Source: Azolla caroliniana (Eukaryota > Plantae > Polypodiophyta). Taken from it: a stretch of 64,000 nucleotides of DNA. A program made the translations under genes and the position numbers. Location of the stretch: NCBI GenBank assembly GCA_043228905.1, contig JBHGNT010000021.1, positions 13,206,001 through 13,270,000 on the forward strand, read 5' to 3'. This document shows, one piece after another, positions 24,662 through 36,579 of this stretch; position 1 is the stretch's first letter; every line of letters starts with the position of its first letter. The notes below the pieces were generated by a model. That model did not search any database. It was not told the DNA's origin and saw only the letters and a program-made list of their open reading frames with translations.

Positions 24662-27600
24662 TGTAGAAAGTAGCGTGCAGAAGCAGGTATGAAGACAGAA
24701 CAGAGGAAGGAAACTCAGGTTCAATGGAGAGCTTGGGCTTACACGGTATACGCAAGAGAGACAGAGAGAGAAACACAAAAAACTATATTCAACAATAATA
24801 CTCAATCTCTATACATAAGACGTGCTCAGTGAGCACTTTTATCAAGAGCCCCTACACGAACTCCCAAATATATTCCTCACGGAATATCTTTCCTAACGAC
24901 CTCCCGGTTTATGTACTCGGCCTAACCGATCGGTCCCAACCGATCCGGTCCTCGGCTTCTTCAGCCGATCCGGCCGATGTTGAGCTTGTCTCTCAACACT
25001 CCCCCTCAAGCTCAACTTGAGGCTCTTCGGGATCTTCACAACACCGGTTCCTCCTGGCTTCTCGCCTCGCTCGTGCTCCTCGACCCGCTCGACTCCGTGC
25101 GCTTCAACCCTTCCGGTTGGCTTGTCTGCTCATGTGGCCCTCATCAACTCTTCTGTTGTTGCGGTGTTGACGCTTCTTCTACTGCCTTTTCTTCAGCTTG
25201 GGCCTCGGTTGATTCAGCGTGTCTGAATCAAACATCCGAACTGACCCGGCTACCTCCGATCGGTCTTCGCTCTTGTCCGAGTTGGCTGTCTCCAACTCGT
25301 CTTCGGACTTCTCGCCCTCGATGGCGTTATCTTCCCCATGCATAGTTGGCATCGGCTCTCTCCTTCGGATGCTCCCCTTCTGTCCGCTCCTTCAGCCGAT
25401 CCGATGTCGAACTCGTCAACCGACTCGGTGTCGCGGTGTCCGCTCCTTTCCTGCTGCCTTGCTTGGCCGTTCGGGACTGTTCTCCCCCTCAAGTTCGGCA
25501 CATCAAGGTGACGCAACCCGAGCGCACCTGAGAATTGCCGCAACTTGTCCAGACCAAGAGGCTTGGTGAAGATGTTGGCAGCCTGCCGATCTGTCGGAAC
25601 ATACTGAAGTTCGACTTCACCGGAAAGGACACGCTCACGGACGAAATGGTAGTGCACCTCAATGTGCTTGGTCCATGCATGGAAAACGGGGTTCTTCGCG
25701 AGCTGGATGTTGTTGAGGTTGTCGCAGTAGATCGTCGTTGGATCGGACACCTCCTCTCACAGGTCCTTAAGTAGTCGCTTCAACCATATGGCTTCGCATG
25801 TCGCGACAGCCGCTCCTCGGTACTCATCTTCGGTGCTCGACAGTGCAACTGTCGGCTGCTTCTTACTGCTCCACGTGATCGCAGCACTCCCGAGGGAGAA
25901 CGCGTATCCAGACGTGGATCGATGATCGGCGGCGTTGCCAGTCCAATCAGCATCGGTGTAGCCGACTAACTGTGCAGCTGCACCGGTCCGATATAGCAGT
26001 CCGCGGTCCTTAGTGCCGCTTACATACCGAAGTATGCGTTGCACACACTGAAGGTGCTCCTCGGTAGGTTGCGCCATGAACTGACTGATCACCCCGACCG
26101 GATAACTGAGGTCGGGTCGGGTGATGGTCAAGTATATGAGGCTTCCGACAATTTGTCGGAACCTCGTCGGGTCGCATACCTTTCCCGTATCGGGACGAAG
26201 CTTCACGGTTCTATCCAGAGGAGTCGAGACGGACTTACAGTCGGCCATCCCGAGTTTGAAGAGCATACTCAGCACGTAATGACGTTGGCTGATCAATATG
26301 CCTTCGGGGGTACGGATCACTTCGATCCCAAGGAAGTAATGAAGGTCCCCCAGATCCTTCATGTCGAACGATGCCACAAGCTGGAGCTTCACGCGGTCGA
26401 TTTCACCTAGGTCGGTGCCGGTGATGACCAAGTCATCAACATATAGTAAAATACTAACCGGTCCGAGTCGACCTTTCCAGATGAACAGGGAAGAGTCCGA
26501 TTTTGACGTGGCGAAGCCCATCCGACGCAGTTGTTGCGTGATCTTCGCGTTCCAGGCACGCGGAGCTTGCTTCAGTCCGGAAAGGGACTTCTTCAGTCGG
26601 CATACTACCGAGGAGTTTGTTCCGGAGTGAAATCCGGGGGGCTGTACCATGTACACTTGTTCCTCAAGGTCACCTTGCAGGAACGCATTCTTTACATCCA
26701 TCTGATGTAAGTGCCACCCCTTGGCCGCGGCTACTGCGAGCAAAACACGGACGATCGTCATTTTCACGACCGGTGCACACGTCTCATCGTAGTCGATGTC
26801 GTGTTTCTGCGTGTAGCCCTTTGCCACTAGCCGAGCCTTGTACCGGTTGACCGAGCCATCGGTGTTGTACTTGACTTTGTACGCCCATCAATCGGCATAC
26901 TGCCGAGGAGTTTGTTCCGGAGTGAAATCCAGGGGGCTGTACCATGTACACTTGTTCCTCAAGGTCACCTTGCAGGAACGCATTCTTTACATCCATCTGA
27001 TGTAAGTGCCACCCCTTGGCCGCGGCTACTGCGAGCAAAACACGGACGGTCTTCATTTTCGCGACCGGTGCAAACGTCTCATCGTAGTCGATGTCGTGTT
27101 TCTGCGTGTAGCCCTTTGCCACTAGCCTAGCCTTGTACCGGTTGACCGAGCCATCGGTGTTGTACTTGACTTTGTAGGCCCATCTACACCCGATCGGCTT
27201 CACACCCTTCGGTGCGTCAACTACGTCCTAGGTCTCGTTCTCCACCAATGCGTGCATCTCTTCCTCCATCGCGGCATGCCAATTCGCGTCTTTAGTCGCT
27301 TCTGCGTAGCTCTCCGGCTCACACACTTCCGCTACACGAGTCATGTACGCATAATGATGCGCCATGTACTCGTTGTATCCGAACCGCACAACTGGGTTCT
27401 TCTGGCGGGTAGATCGGCGTAATCTCACATTAGCCGATGTCGAGGCCTTCTCGGTCGACGCAGTCTTCATCTTTAAAGACCCGTCACCGGTTCCCTCAGA
27501 GTCGGACTCGCGTCAGTCTGACTCGTTCCTTTCCATGCCGGAATCCGACACCTTCTTCTTCCCTTTCTCTTTGCGCGTAAACCGTCTCCTCGGCTTCCTG

Positions 27601-30536
27601 CGCGGGGAATGCACGGCCGAGTCTCCACTACTCGCCGGCTCCTCATCGGACTGGTCGTACCGACTCAGTCGTCCAATCGGTCCACTTAACCGGAGTGAAA
27701 TCGGACTCTCTTCGTGGGTCTCAATTTCGGGCTCATTCGGAGGCATTTCAGCCTCTCTGACCTCATCGTCAGAACTCGTATTGGAGTCGGGGTTCCGAGT
27801 CGAGAGCAGGTACCAGGACACGGACTCGTCAAACACAACGTCGCGGCTGACACGCGCTTGTTTGGTGCGAGGGTTATAGCACTTATAACCCTTCTGCTCG
27901 TCCGAGTAACCGACCAAGATGCACTTCTCGGCCTTTGCGTCCAGCTTCCTCCTTTTCTCCTTCGGTACATGCACATACGCAATGCTACCGAACACCCTCA
28001 AGTGTCGCAAGTTCGGCTTCGTTCCGAAATATAGCTCATGCGCCGACACTTTGTCTCCAATCCGGTTCTGGATGTATACCGCAGTCCTTACCGCCTCGGC
28101 CCAGTAGAACTTGGGCAAGCTCTTCTCCTCCAGCATTGCCCGTGCCACTTCCACAATCGACCGATTCTTTCTCTCGGCCACGCCGTTCTGCTCTGGCGTG
28201 TATCTACAACTGAATTCGCGGCGAATTCCCATTTGTTGTAGGTAACCGTTTAATTGACCGGAAAAGTACTCTTTCCCGCCAGCCGACCGCAGACACTTGA
28301 TCTTTCGTCCCGTTTCAGCTTCCACGAACCCTTTGAGGTCCCGGAAACAGTCGAAGACTTCGCTCTTCCTCTCAATGAGGTAGATCCACGTGTGCCGCGT
28401 GTGGTCGTCGATGAAGGAGACGAAATATCGGCTCCCACCAAGACTAACGTTTTGTGCCGGCCCCCATACATCGGAGTGTATAAGGTCGAGCTTGTTCCGG
28501 CTCCGGTTTCACTCGTTGGGGAAGGGAAGTCGGTGTTGCTTCCCGAGTTGGCAGGCTTCACAAATTTTTGCCTTTCGGCCACTAAATTTGGGCAATCCGA
28601 ACACTACCTGTTTCGATTGCAGATCTTGAAGCCATTGGTGGTTGACGTGGCCTATCCGCTTGTGCCACAAGTCGATGTTCGACTCGGTCTTTTGTCCCTT
28701 CGTGAACATTGCGGTGCCGCTGTCAGTGGAGTCGAGGATGAACATCCTCCCGTCTCTGCGCCCTTGCGCAATCACACGGCCTTCTTCCTCAATGAAGCAC
28801 CCGAGGTGTGTAAACCGAACCTCCATCCCTTGGTCGACGATCTGTCCAACCGAGACCAAGTTTTTTGTGATTGTCGGGACATGCAACACGTTCATGAGTT
28901 TCCCTTTCTGCCCGACATGGCTAAGGGGAACTTCTCCGACATTCGCGATCAGATGCGGAGTGTCGTCTCCTGTTGCGACTACTCCCGGTTGTATTGGTTT
29001 TTCAAGGTACGAGAACCACTCCTTATGGATCGCCATGTGGTTTGACGCGCCGGAGTCTACGTACCACACCTCGTCCGATCTCGGAGTGCTCTGTTTCATT
29101 GAGTTTGCTTCGTGTCTCGTCACGAAGACAGATCCTTCTCCAGCTCTCCCGGAGTCTTTGACGTAGTGCGATCACTGCCGATTTCCCTTGTCGGTATGTC
29201 TGGAGCCGTTCCCGGAACCAGTTCTCTCCGAATCGGCGCGCTTCTTCCAGCACTCACTTTCCTTGTGGCCTTTCTTGCCACAGTACCAGCACTCCGCGAT
29301 GGACTTCCCTTGCCGGTTCTCATCGCTTCGACTCCCCCTGTTTCTGGAGGGTCCGGAGTTGCTGTTGGCATCCCTTTGGTGCCTTCTTTCTTGATCTCGT
29401 CGGCCGCCTCCATTGTGTGCCGACTCGCCTCGTCCTCCACGTCCACGGGGCCTATCTCCCTCCGTGTACAACATTCTGCTGTCGGTGTGCGTGCTTGTAG
29501 ATGCACCCGCGTGGTTCTCCTCTACCAGGAGCATCGATTGTAAGTCGAAAAAGGACGACGTATTCTCCCGGGTACACACAGCCGTTCGGAACACTCCGAA
29601 CTTCGACGCCAAACCTCTGAGACAGATCTGGACCATCTCGCTCTCCTTGATGTTCACCCCTATGGAGGCGAGGGAGTCGCAGATATCCTTGATCTTCGAG
29701 GTATAGTCCACCACCGAAAAGTCACGTTGTCGTAGGTTGCTCAACTCCTGTCGGAGCTGAAGCTTCCTGGCTGTGGTGCTCGCGGGGAAAATCTTCTTCA
29801 GATTTTCCCACGCACCCTTCGGCGTCTTTACATCCCGAACATAGCTCAATAGCTGTTCGCCCACACACGACGTGAAGCAGTATAATACCCTGCTCGCCGA
29901 TTGCTCCCACGACGGGAAGTCTCTGTGTGTCGATTCGGGTGCCGTGTCATTAGCTGCTTCGACATATCTCCAGTAGCCGTGCCTGAGCAGGTACTGGTAC
30001 ATCTTGTAGGACCAAGACGCGTAGTTGGTTCTGTCGAGCTTCTCTGTTGGAAGCGAGCTCGCCATGCCTCTATCCATCGTTCTTCTTGTTCTTCTTCGTC
30101 AAGTTGTGTCGGCTGCAGAGAGGTTCTCAATCCTCGCGCTCTGATACCATGTAGAAAGTAGCGTGCGGAAGCAGGTATGAAGACAGAACAGAGGAAGGAA
30201 ACTCAGGTTCAATGGAGAGCTTGGGCTTACACGGTATACGCAGGAGAGACAAAGAGAGAAACACAAAAAACTATATTCAATAATAATACTCAATCTCTAT
30301 ACATAAGACGTGCTCAGTGAGCACTTTTATACAAGTCCTAGAAGGACTGACCGAAGTACTGACAGTACTTCAATGCTCATCAAGAGCCCCTACACTAACT
30401 CCCAAATATATTCCTCACGGAATACCTTTCCTAACGACCTCCCGGTTTATGTACTCGGCCTAACCGATCGGTCCCAACCGATCCGGTCCTCGGCTTCTTC
30501 AGCCGATCCAGTCGATGTTGAGCTTGTCTCTCAACA
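24662..30536 (-). mobile_element. Full-length Ty1/Copia element A; 3' LTR 24662-24998, 5' LTR 30150-30536
   Basis: TSD GGTGT; PBS-Met 30137-30149; PPT 24999-25010; the left LTR lacks 50 bp present in the right LTR. Confidence 0.97.
25100..30077 (-). pseudogene. Copia A gag-pol polyprotein (stops, frameshifts, internal duplication of about 295 bp)
   Basis: gag 29172-30077; PR WYVDSGASNH; IN WHKRIGH...CEAC and EQNGVAER; [11 protein letters not shown] and YVDD; RNase H YTDADW and TKHIEVHYHF. Confidence 0.95.
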
Positions 30537-32462
30537 GGTGTGTCAGGCCGGAAGGGCACACCTGGATCAGAACAGGAGTCTCGCAAATGGCCATCGTGGG
30601 CCGGATCGAAGCGTGACTACAGGACGGTGTTCGGCGCGGGCGGGGCCGAACGAAGGAAGCGAAAGACGGCACAAGAGAGGTGTCGGGGACGAGGTGACAA
30701 GAGCCTAGTGGACTGCACAGGGCCGGAGTCAGGGGATGGCAAGAGAGGCCGGAGGAGTATCCTGCACACTCGCTTCGTAGATCTCGGTAGCTCCGTCGAA
30801 GTAGCGAAGACTGACACGGCAAGCCCAGGGTGACAAGCTGGTGGGGGCGAGGGGACGACGGCAAGCGGAAGACTCAGGACCTATCGCGGCAACACAAAGA
30901 CGGGAAGGGCCAAGCAGGCTACTACAGGGTGTTCCTCGGATGCAAAGGACACCGGTATGCGGGTGAGCGGCGATGCACGATCTGGCCAAAAAGGGGGCCA
31001 ACAAGGCGTGCAATGAACCGAAGTGCGACACAGGCAGTGCCAAACAACGGACGAGGGTATGTGGCACACAGAGGTGCCGGAGCGGAAAGGCGAGCGCGGA
31101 GATAGGTTGCGCGGTTCGGAGGTAGCGCGGAGAAGGCCGGAAAGGGATCCTCCACACTATTCCGGAGACCATGGCGGTTCGAGCCGACGCGGCGATGTAA
31201 GACCATGGAGAAGGAAGGTGGCGGTGAAAGGACGAAGGCAATGCGAAACAACATGGGACGACCATCAGGACATCACGATTGGACAACGGAGGCCAAGCGG
31301 GCCACTACGGGCATGCCTCAAATAGAGGACAACGGGCATACGGCAGGAAGCGGGGCGTTCATACGGCCGAACAAGGGCCAACGGAAGTACGCGTACTACG
31401 GAGATCGCGGCAGAGGACCCATCGACGGGTCGAACGAGCCTACAGGGAGGTAAGCGCGAAGGAAGAATCGAAGCCGACGGATCAAACCGGCAGCGAGCCG
31501 GGATGCGGATCACGGAAGACCGGTTTCTCACCGGCCGAAATCTCTAACCCTTTAATCGGACTTGGCACATACCGGTGGATGTGCAGTTAGGTGGGGGCGG
31601 ATGTCGTGAAGAATTTCGGCCAGAGGCGGAAACCGGGAAACATTGGCTACATCGGCGGGGTGCAACGTGTGTACGCACCCATGTACATTTAGTGTGAATA
31701 TCGAGGGCGCCTTTATGGTGCCGAAGAGTAGTCAAGTCGGGACAGACGATCCCATGTAAGTCGGGATTTGTCCCACATTGTAACGCATCCCTTTCCTTGT
31801 TCTATAAAAGGAAGGGAACGCCCTTTGTGAAAGGGTTGCACCCATTTTGCATTAGAGGGTATACCGTTAGGTTTAGAGTTAGTTTCTTCTTCTTCTTCTT
31901 CTCCTTCGTGTTCGCTTAGGGTTTGCTTCAGCTCATCTCCTGCACAAGACCCCGCTCAACGCGACGAGCCTGTGAGCTCCCCGACGACGGCTTGGCAGCT
32001 GACGACTACTGTAACCTACCTTGGAACGGCTCGAAGCCGGGAATGTATTCCTTTTATATACATATATACGTTTGCGTCTGTCTGTGTATATTCGCGTCTT
32101 CGTTGGTGTCGGGTGCTTCCCCTTTCCTGCACTTCCTGTACTTAAGGGTGTGAGTCGGGTTGGCCTGTGTGTGTGTGTGTGTGTGTGAGTGAGTGTGCGT
32201 GAGTCGGTGTTAAGCGCGCGCTCTCCCTCTCTCTCTCTCCCTCTCTCTCCCTTCGGTTGCTTCCGGTGTGCTTCTGGGATGCCCCGGAAATGGTGAAGCA
32301 CAACTTCCTACGCTCCATCACTCCCTAGTCCAAGACTCCCGTGGTCCCGCCTTTCTCCACACACGCGCGTAACAACGCGACAGTGTTACTTTAACGCTCC
32401 TAATATAATACTCTATTTTCCATGCGTTATGTCTGGTGGTTACAATTCCGACGGACAACACC

Positions 32463-32503
32463 TGGCACGCCTATGGGACACTACCATGGCACGTCGAACC
32501 CAT
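32463..32503 (-). other. tRNA-Arg 3'-end mimic replacing the PPT (element Y)
   Basis: Minus strand reads ATGGGTTCGA-cgtgccatggtagtg-TCCCATAGGCGTGCCA, then 2 nt, then the LTR TGTTGTCC. Confidence 0.75.
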
Positions 32504-35500
32504 TCGTTTCCTATTCAACGCTCAAAATGCCGAGGATGTTCGGCTATGTTCGTTCGTCATGCACCGGAGACGACGTGATCTCCGTAGGTGCTTTGTTGGT
32601 ACGCGTGGCTGGTGTGTCGGTTTCTGTGTTGTCCTCGTCATGTGGCTCCGTTCGTTCACCATGCACCGGAGACGGCGTGATGTCTGTAGGTGCTTCGTTG
32701 GTATAGTGTCTGGGACTTGCCTCTGTGGGTTCGGTGATGGCTCTTTTTGGCGTAGGCTATTGTCGGGTCGTTGGTCTTCTGTGCCTCCGTCCTCCGAGGG
32801 ATTTCTCGGTGTTGTTGTTACCTCAGGTCCGTCATTTGGGTTAGGCTGGGGCTCGTTTTGTTCGGTGGAGTCGTTGTCTGGCACTGTTATTGCTTCCGCC
32901 CTTTTCAATTCCTCTGCCTTCTAGTTCTCGTTGGCGGAAAAGATGGTGAGTGGCATCGTATTTGCCCAGGAGTCGTGCAGAGAGTTTTGAGGGGGTCAGG
33001 CACGCAAGCTACATTGTGCGTGGTGTCTATGGTGTGCAGGAGAGCGAGAAGATCGAGGAGCATGAGGAGGGCTAGGAGAGCAGAAGGATGGAGGCAGTTT
33101 TTTGTAATGTGTAGAATTTTTTTTGTTTCCCTCTTTTTGTGCCCTAGGGTGCATGGGTCTGTGCGACATCGTGGCGACACGTTGTCGTGAAGATTCCGGG
33201 CCATGGTGAGAAACTGAGGAATATCAAAAGAATCGGCAGAGTGCATCATTTGCACTTACCGTTGTAAAAATGTGTGAATAATAGGGGTGCCTTTATGGCG
33301 CCGAGTAGAATCAAGTCGGGACAGAGAATACCATGTAAATCGGGATTTATCCCACATTGTAACGCATCCCTCTCCTTGTTCTATAAAAGGAAGGGAGGGC
33401 CCCTTGTAGGGGGCTTGCCCATTTTGAGTTAGGAGGGTATACCGGTAGATGTAGGGTTTGGTTGTTCTTACTCTTCATCTTATTCTTGTTCCCTTAGGGT
33501 TTCTACTTTGGTCTTTTAACTCTATTTCATTTTAGGGTTTCTCTTTGGTCTTCTTCATTGTCTCATGGGTTAGGTTCATTCTTGGAATGGAGGTTAGTAC
33601 TTGTGAAAGAATAACGTGCGGAAGCAGTGGAAAACCGAAAAACGAAGAACAGAAACACAGGTTTAATGGAGAGCTTAGAAATATACACAGTACGCGGGAG
33701 AGACAGAAAGAGAGCACACAGAAACTCAATTCAAAATATTACTCAGTCTGTACATCGTATATGTTCAGTGAACACTTTTATACAAGTCCATACGGACTGA
33801 CAGAAGTACGGTGTACTTCAATGCTCACACGAGCATCTGACACTAACTACGAGATATTAACTCCCTAGTAGACTAGCTGCTACTTGGCTTCCGGTTACTG
33901 CTTGATACAGCTAACCGGCTCCCCAACTCACCTGCTCACCGATCTGGCTCATCTTTCCGGATGTCGATCCGGCTCAAGCTTATTCAGCCGATCCAGATCC
34001 GATTGAGCTTGCCGCTCAACACTCCCCCTCAAACTCAACTTGAGGTCGGATCGTAGTGTCAGTCTCCATGGCAGTCGGTCCTTCCACCCAACTCCTTCTG
34101 GCGTCACTCCGCCTCACTCGCGCTCCTCGTCCGGTCCAGTCCCGTTTTCCGCGACCCTTCTATTTCTGCGCATCTCAACCTCCTCGGTCGGCTTGTCTGC
34201 TCAGCAGGCCCAAATCAGCTCCCCTGCTGTTGTGGTGTCCGCTTGGCCCTTCGTTGATTCAGCGTATCCGAATTAAACATCCGAACCGACTCAGCTTCCT
34301 CCGATCGGTTTTCACTCTCGTCCGAGTTGGTTGTCTCCAACTCGTCTTCGGTCTTCTTGCCCTTGATGGCTTCGTCTCCCCCACACTTGGTTGGCTTCGG
34401 CTCTTTCTTTCGACTGCTCCCCTTATGTCCGCTTTTGGACTGTTCCGCGGATCCGCCATCAGCTTCTTCAGCCGATCCGAAATCGAATTCGTCATCCGAC
34501 TCGGCGTCACGGTCTTTTCCACTCCTTTCCTGCTCCCTTCCATGGTCATCATGGACGTCTCTCCCCCTCAAGTTTGGCACATCGAGGTGACGCAACCCAA
34601 GCGCACCCAAGAATTGCCGCAACTTGTCCAGACCAAGAGGCTTGATGAAGATATCGGCGTTTTTGCCGATCCGTCGGAACATATTGAAGCTCGACTTCAT
34701 CAGAGAGGACACGCTCATGGACAAAATGGTAGTGCACCTAAATGTGCTTAGTCTAGGCATGGAAGACGGGGTTCTTAGCTAGTTGGATGTTGCTGAGGTT
34801 GTCGCAGTAGATTGTCGTTAGATCGAATACCTCCACCTGCAGATCCTCAAGTAGTCACTTCAACCATATGGCTTCGCATGTCACGACAGCCGCTCCTCTA
34901 TACTCAGCTTCGGTGCTCGACAGCGCAATTGTCGGTTGATTCTTGCTACTCCACGTGAATGCGGCACTCCCAAGAGAGGACGCGAAACTGGACGTCGATC
35001 GGCGATCGCCAGCGTTTCCGGCCCAATCAGCATCGGTGTAACCGACCAAGTACGCGGAAGTATCGGTCCAATATAGTAGCCCCCGGTCCTTAGTGCCATT
35101 GACGTACCGGAGTACGCGTTGTCGTGAAAATCCGTCACTATATGCGGATCGTGAGACGGAACCGCCAGGGTTCTGGACTAGAAGGATTTAGTGCAACATG
35201 TACAACACAAGCAAGTTTTAAGCATAACACAACTGGGAGAGACAAATCATTAGTTTATTGCAAAAGAAAATCTATTCTTTATAATTTCATAATTGTGTTA
35301 GAATGGGTTGGAAATGAGAGATTAAATTTTCAAAGAAAGGAGCCAACAACCATGCAAGGAGTGGTCCGATATGAATACGAGAGATAATTTTGGACAAGAA
35401 AGATCGAGTAAACAAAGCTAGGAGTTTGATATCAATATGTGAGGTAATTTGTTTCTAGAATCCGAGAGGGAAGAAGGAAAAAAAAAACCTAGAGGGAAAA

Positions 35501-36579
35501 ATGGAACATATATCCTGCTCCTTGTTGATCCTCCTCCCCAATGTTACTTTGCATGCCCACTTTAAGTTGCATGGCCTCTATTTTTAGTTGTGTGGCCTCT
35601 ACTTTTAGTTGCATGCTTCCATTTTTAGATGCATTCCTTTTACGTTTAGTTGCATGGCCTTGGCTTTTGGTTGCATGCGATTGTCCGTATAATTCGGCCA
35701 AATGACACAATCATCCATAAAGTGTAGCCCGTGTGCAATCCGTATGTGTGTCGCCACCAAACCGTAGACGCGTCCGCGCGCAAATGTCCCGCCTAAACCC
35801 TTTTACTTTTAGTTGCATGGCCTTGGCTTTTGGTTGCATGCGATTTTCCGTATAATTCGGCCAAATGACACAATCATCCATAAAGTTTAGCCCGTGCGCA
35901 ATCCGTACGTGCGTCGCAACCAAACCGTAGACGCGTCCGCGCACAAAAGTCCCGACCGCGCAATGTACGCATCCACGCGCACGCGCGTCCAACCCGCACC
36001 GCGTACGCGCACGCCCAAAAACGTCCACGCGGCCATACACACGCGCATACACCTGAAGTGTGTACGCATCGACGCGCTCGTCCACACACGCGCGTACGTC
36101 TGAAAACTTCCACGCGGCCATACACACGCGCATACGCCCGAAACGTTAACACGGCCATGCATACGCGCGTATGCCACATAGTGTAGCCCAAGTCACCTTG
36201 AACATTCTGTGCTCCACACATTGATAGAATGAAGATGTTTTGGATTCCCTTATATATCGTGGGTTCCAATGTTGTCCTATCTATGTGGGATATCTCACAG
36301 TTTTGTCTTTTCTTACTTCTTCTTCAAACTTTACACTCACATAACTTGATACCTGTTTATCCGTTTCATGCGTAGTAAAATATATTATGAAGCTCTTGAA
36401 GACACCTATCTCTATGAATACATTAAGCTAATCTTAAATAATAGTTTTACTAAGTTTCATATCATGTGAAAAATCAGACGACATTCACCCCACCAAACCT
36501 GCACATCCACCGGTATGTGCCAATTGTGGTGAGGTTCCTCTTTTAATTACTCTTTTTCAACCTCGATGTTCGAGGCTCT

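Larger units (their letters stand above)
14596..32382 (+). mobile_element. Complete non-autonomous gag-only LTR element N2 (about 5 kb net of two insertions); LTRs 14596-15372 and 31602-32382
   Basis: Near-identical LTRs TGTCGTGAA...CGCGACA, 4-bp TSD GTGT, PBS-Trp, 22-nt motif at 31563-31584 plus PPT; no PR/RT/IN motifs internally. Confidence 0.92.
14225..33182 (-). mobile_element. 3' end of Phygy-like Gypsy Y: 3' LTR 14225-14595 plus 32387-32460 (split by N2), internal part 32461-33182
   Basis: LTR ends TGTTACC...GGACAACA resemble the LTRs of Z and cut the gag of X at 14224. A tRNA-like motif lies at 32463-32503, and a low-complexity remnant of the accessory ORF at 32522-32908. Confidence 0.75.
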
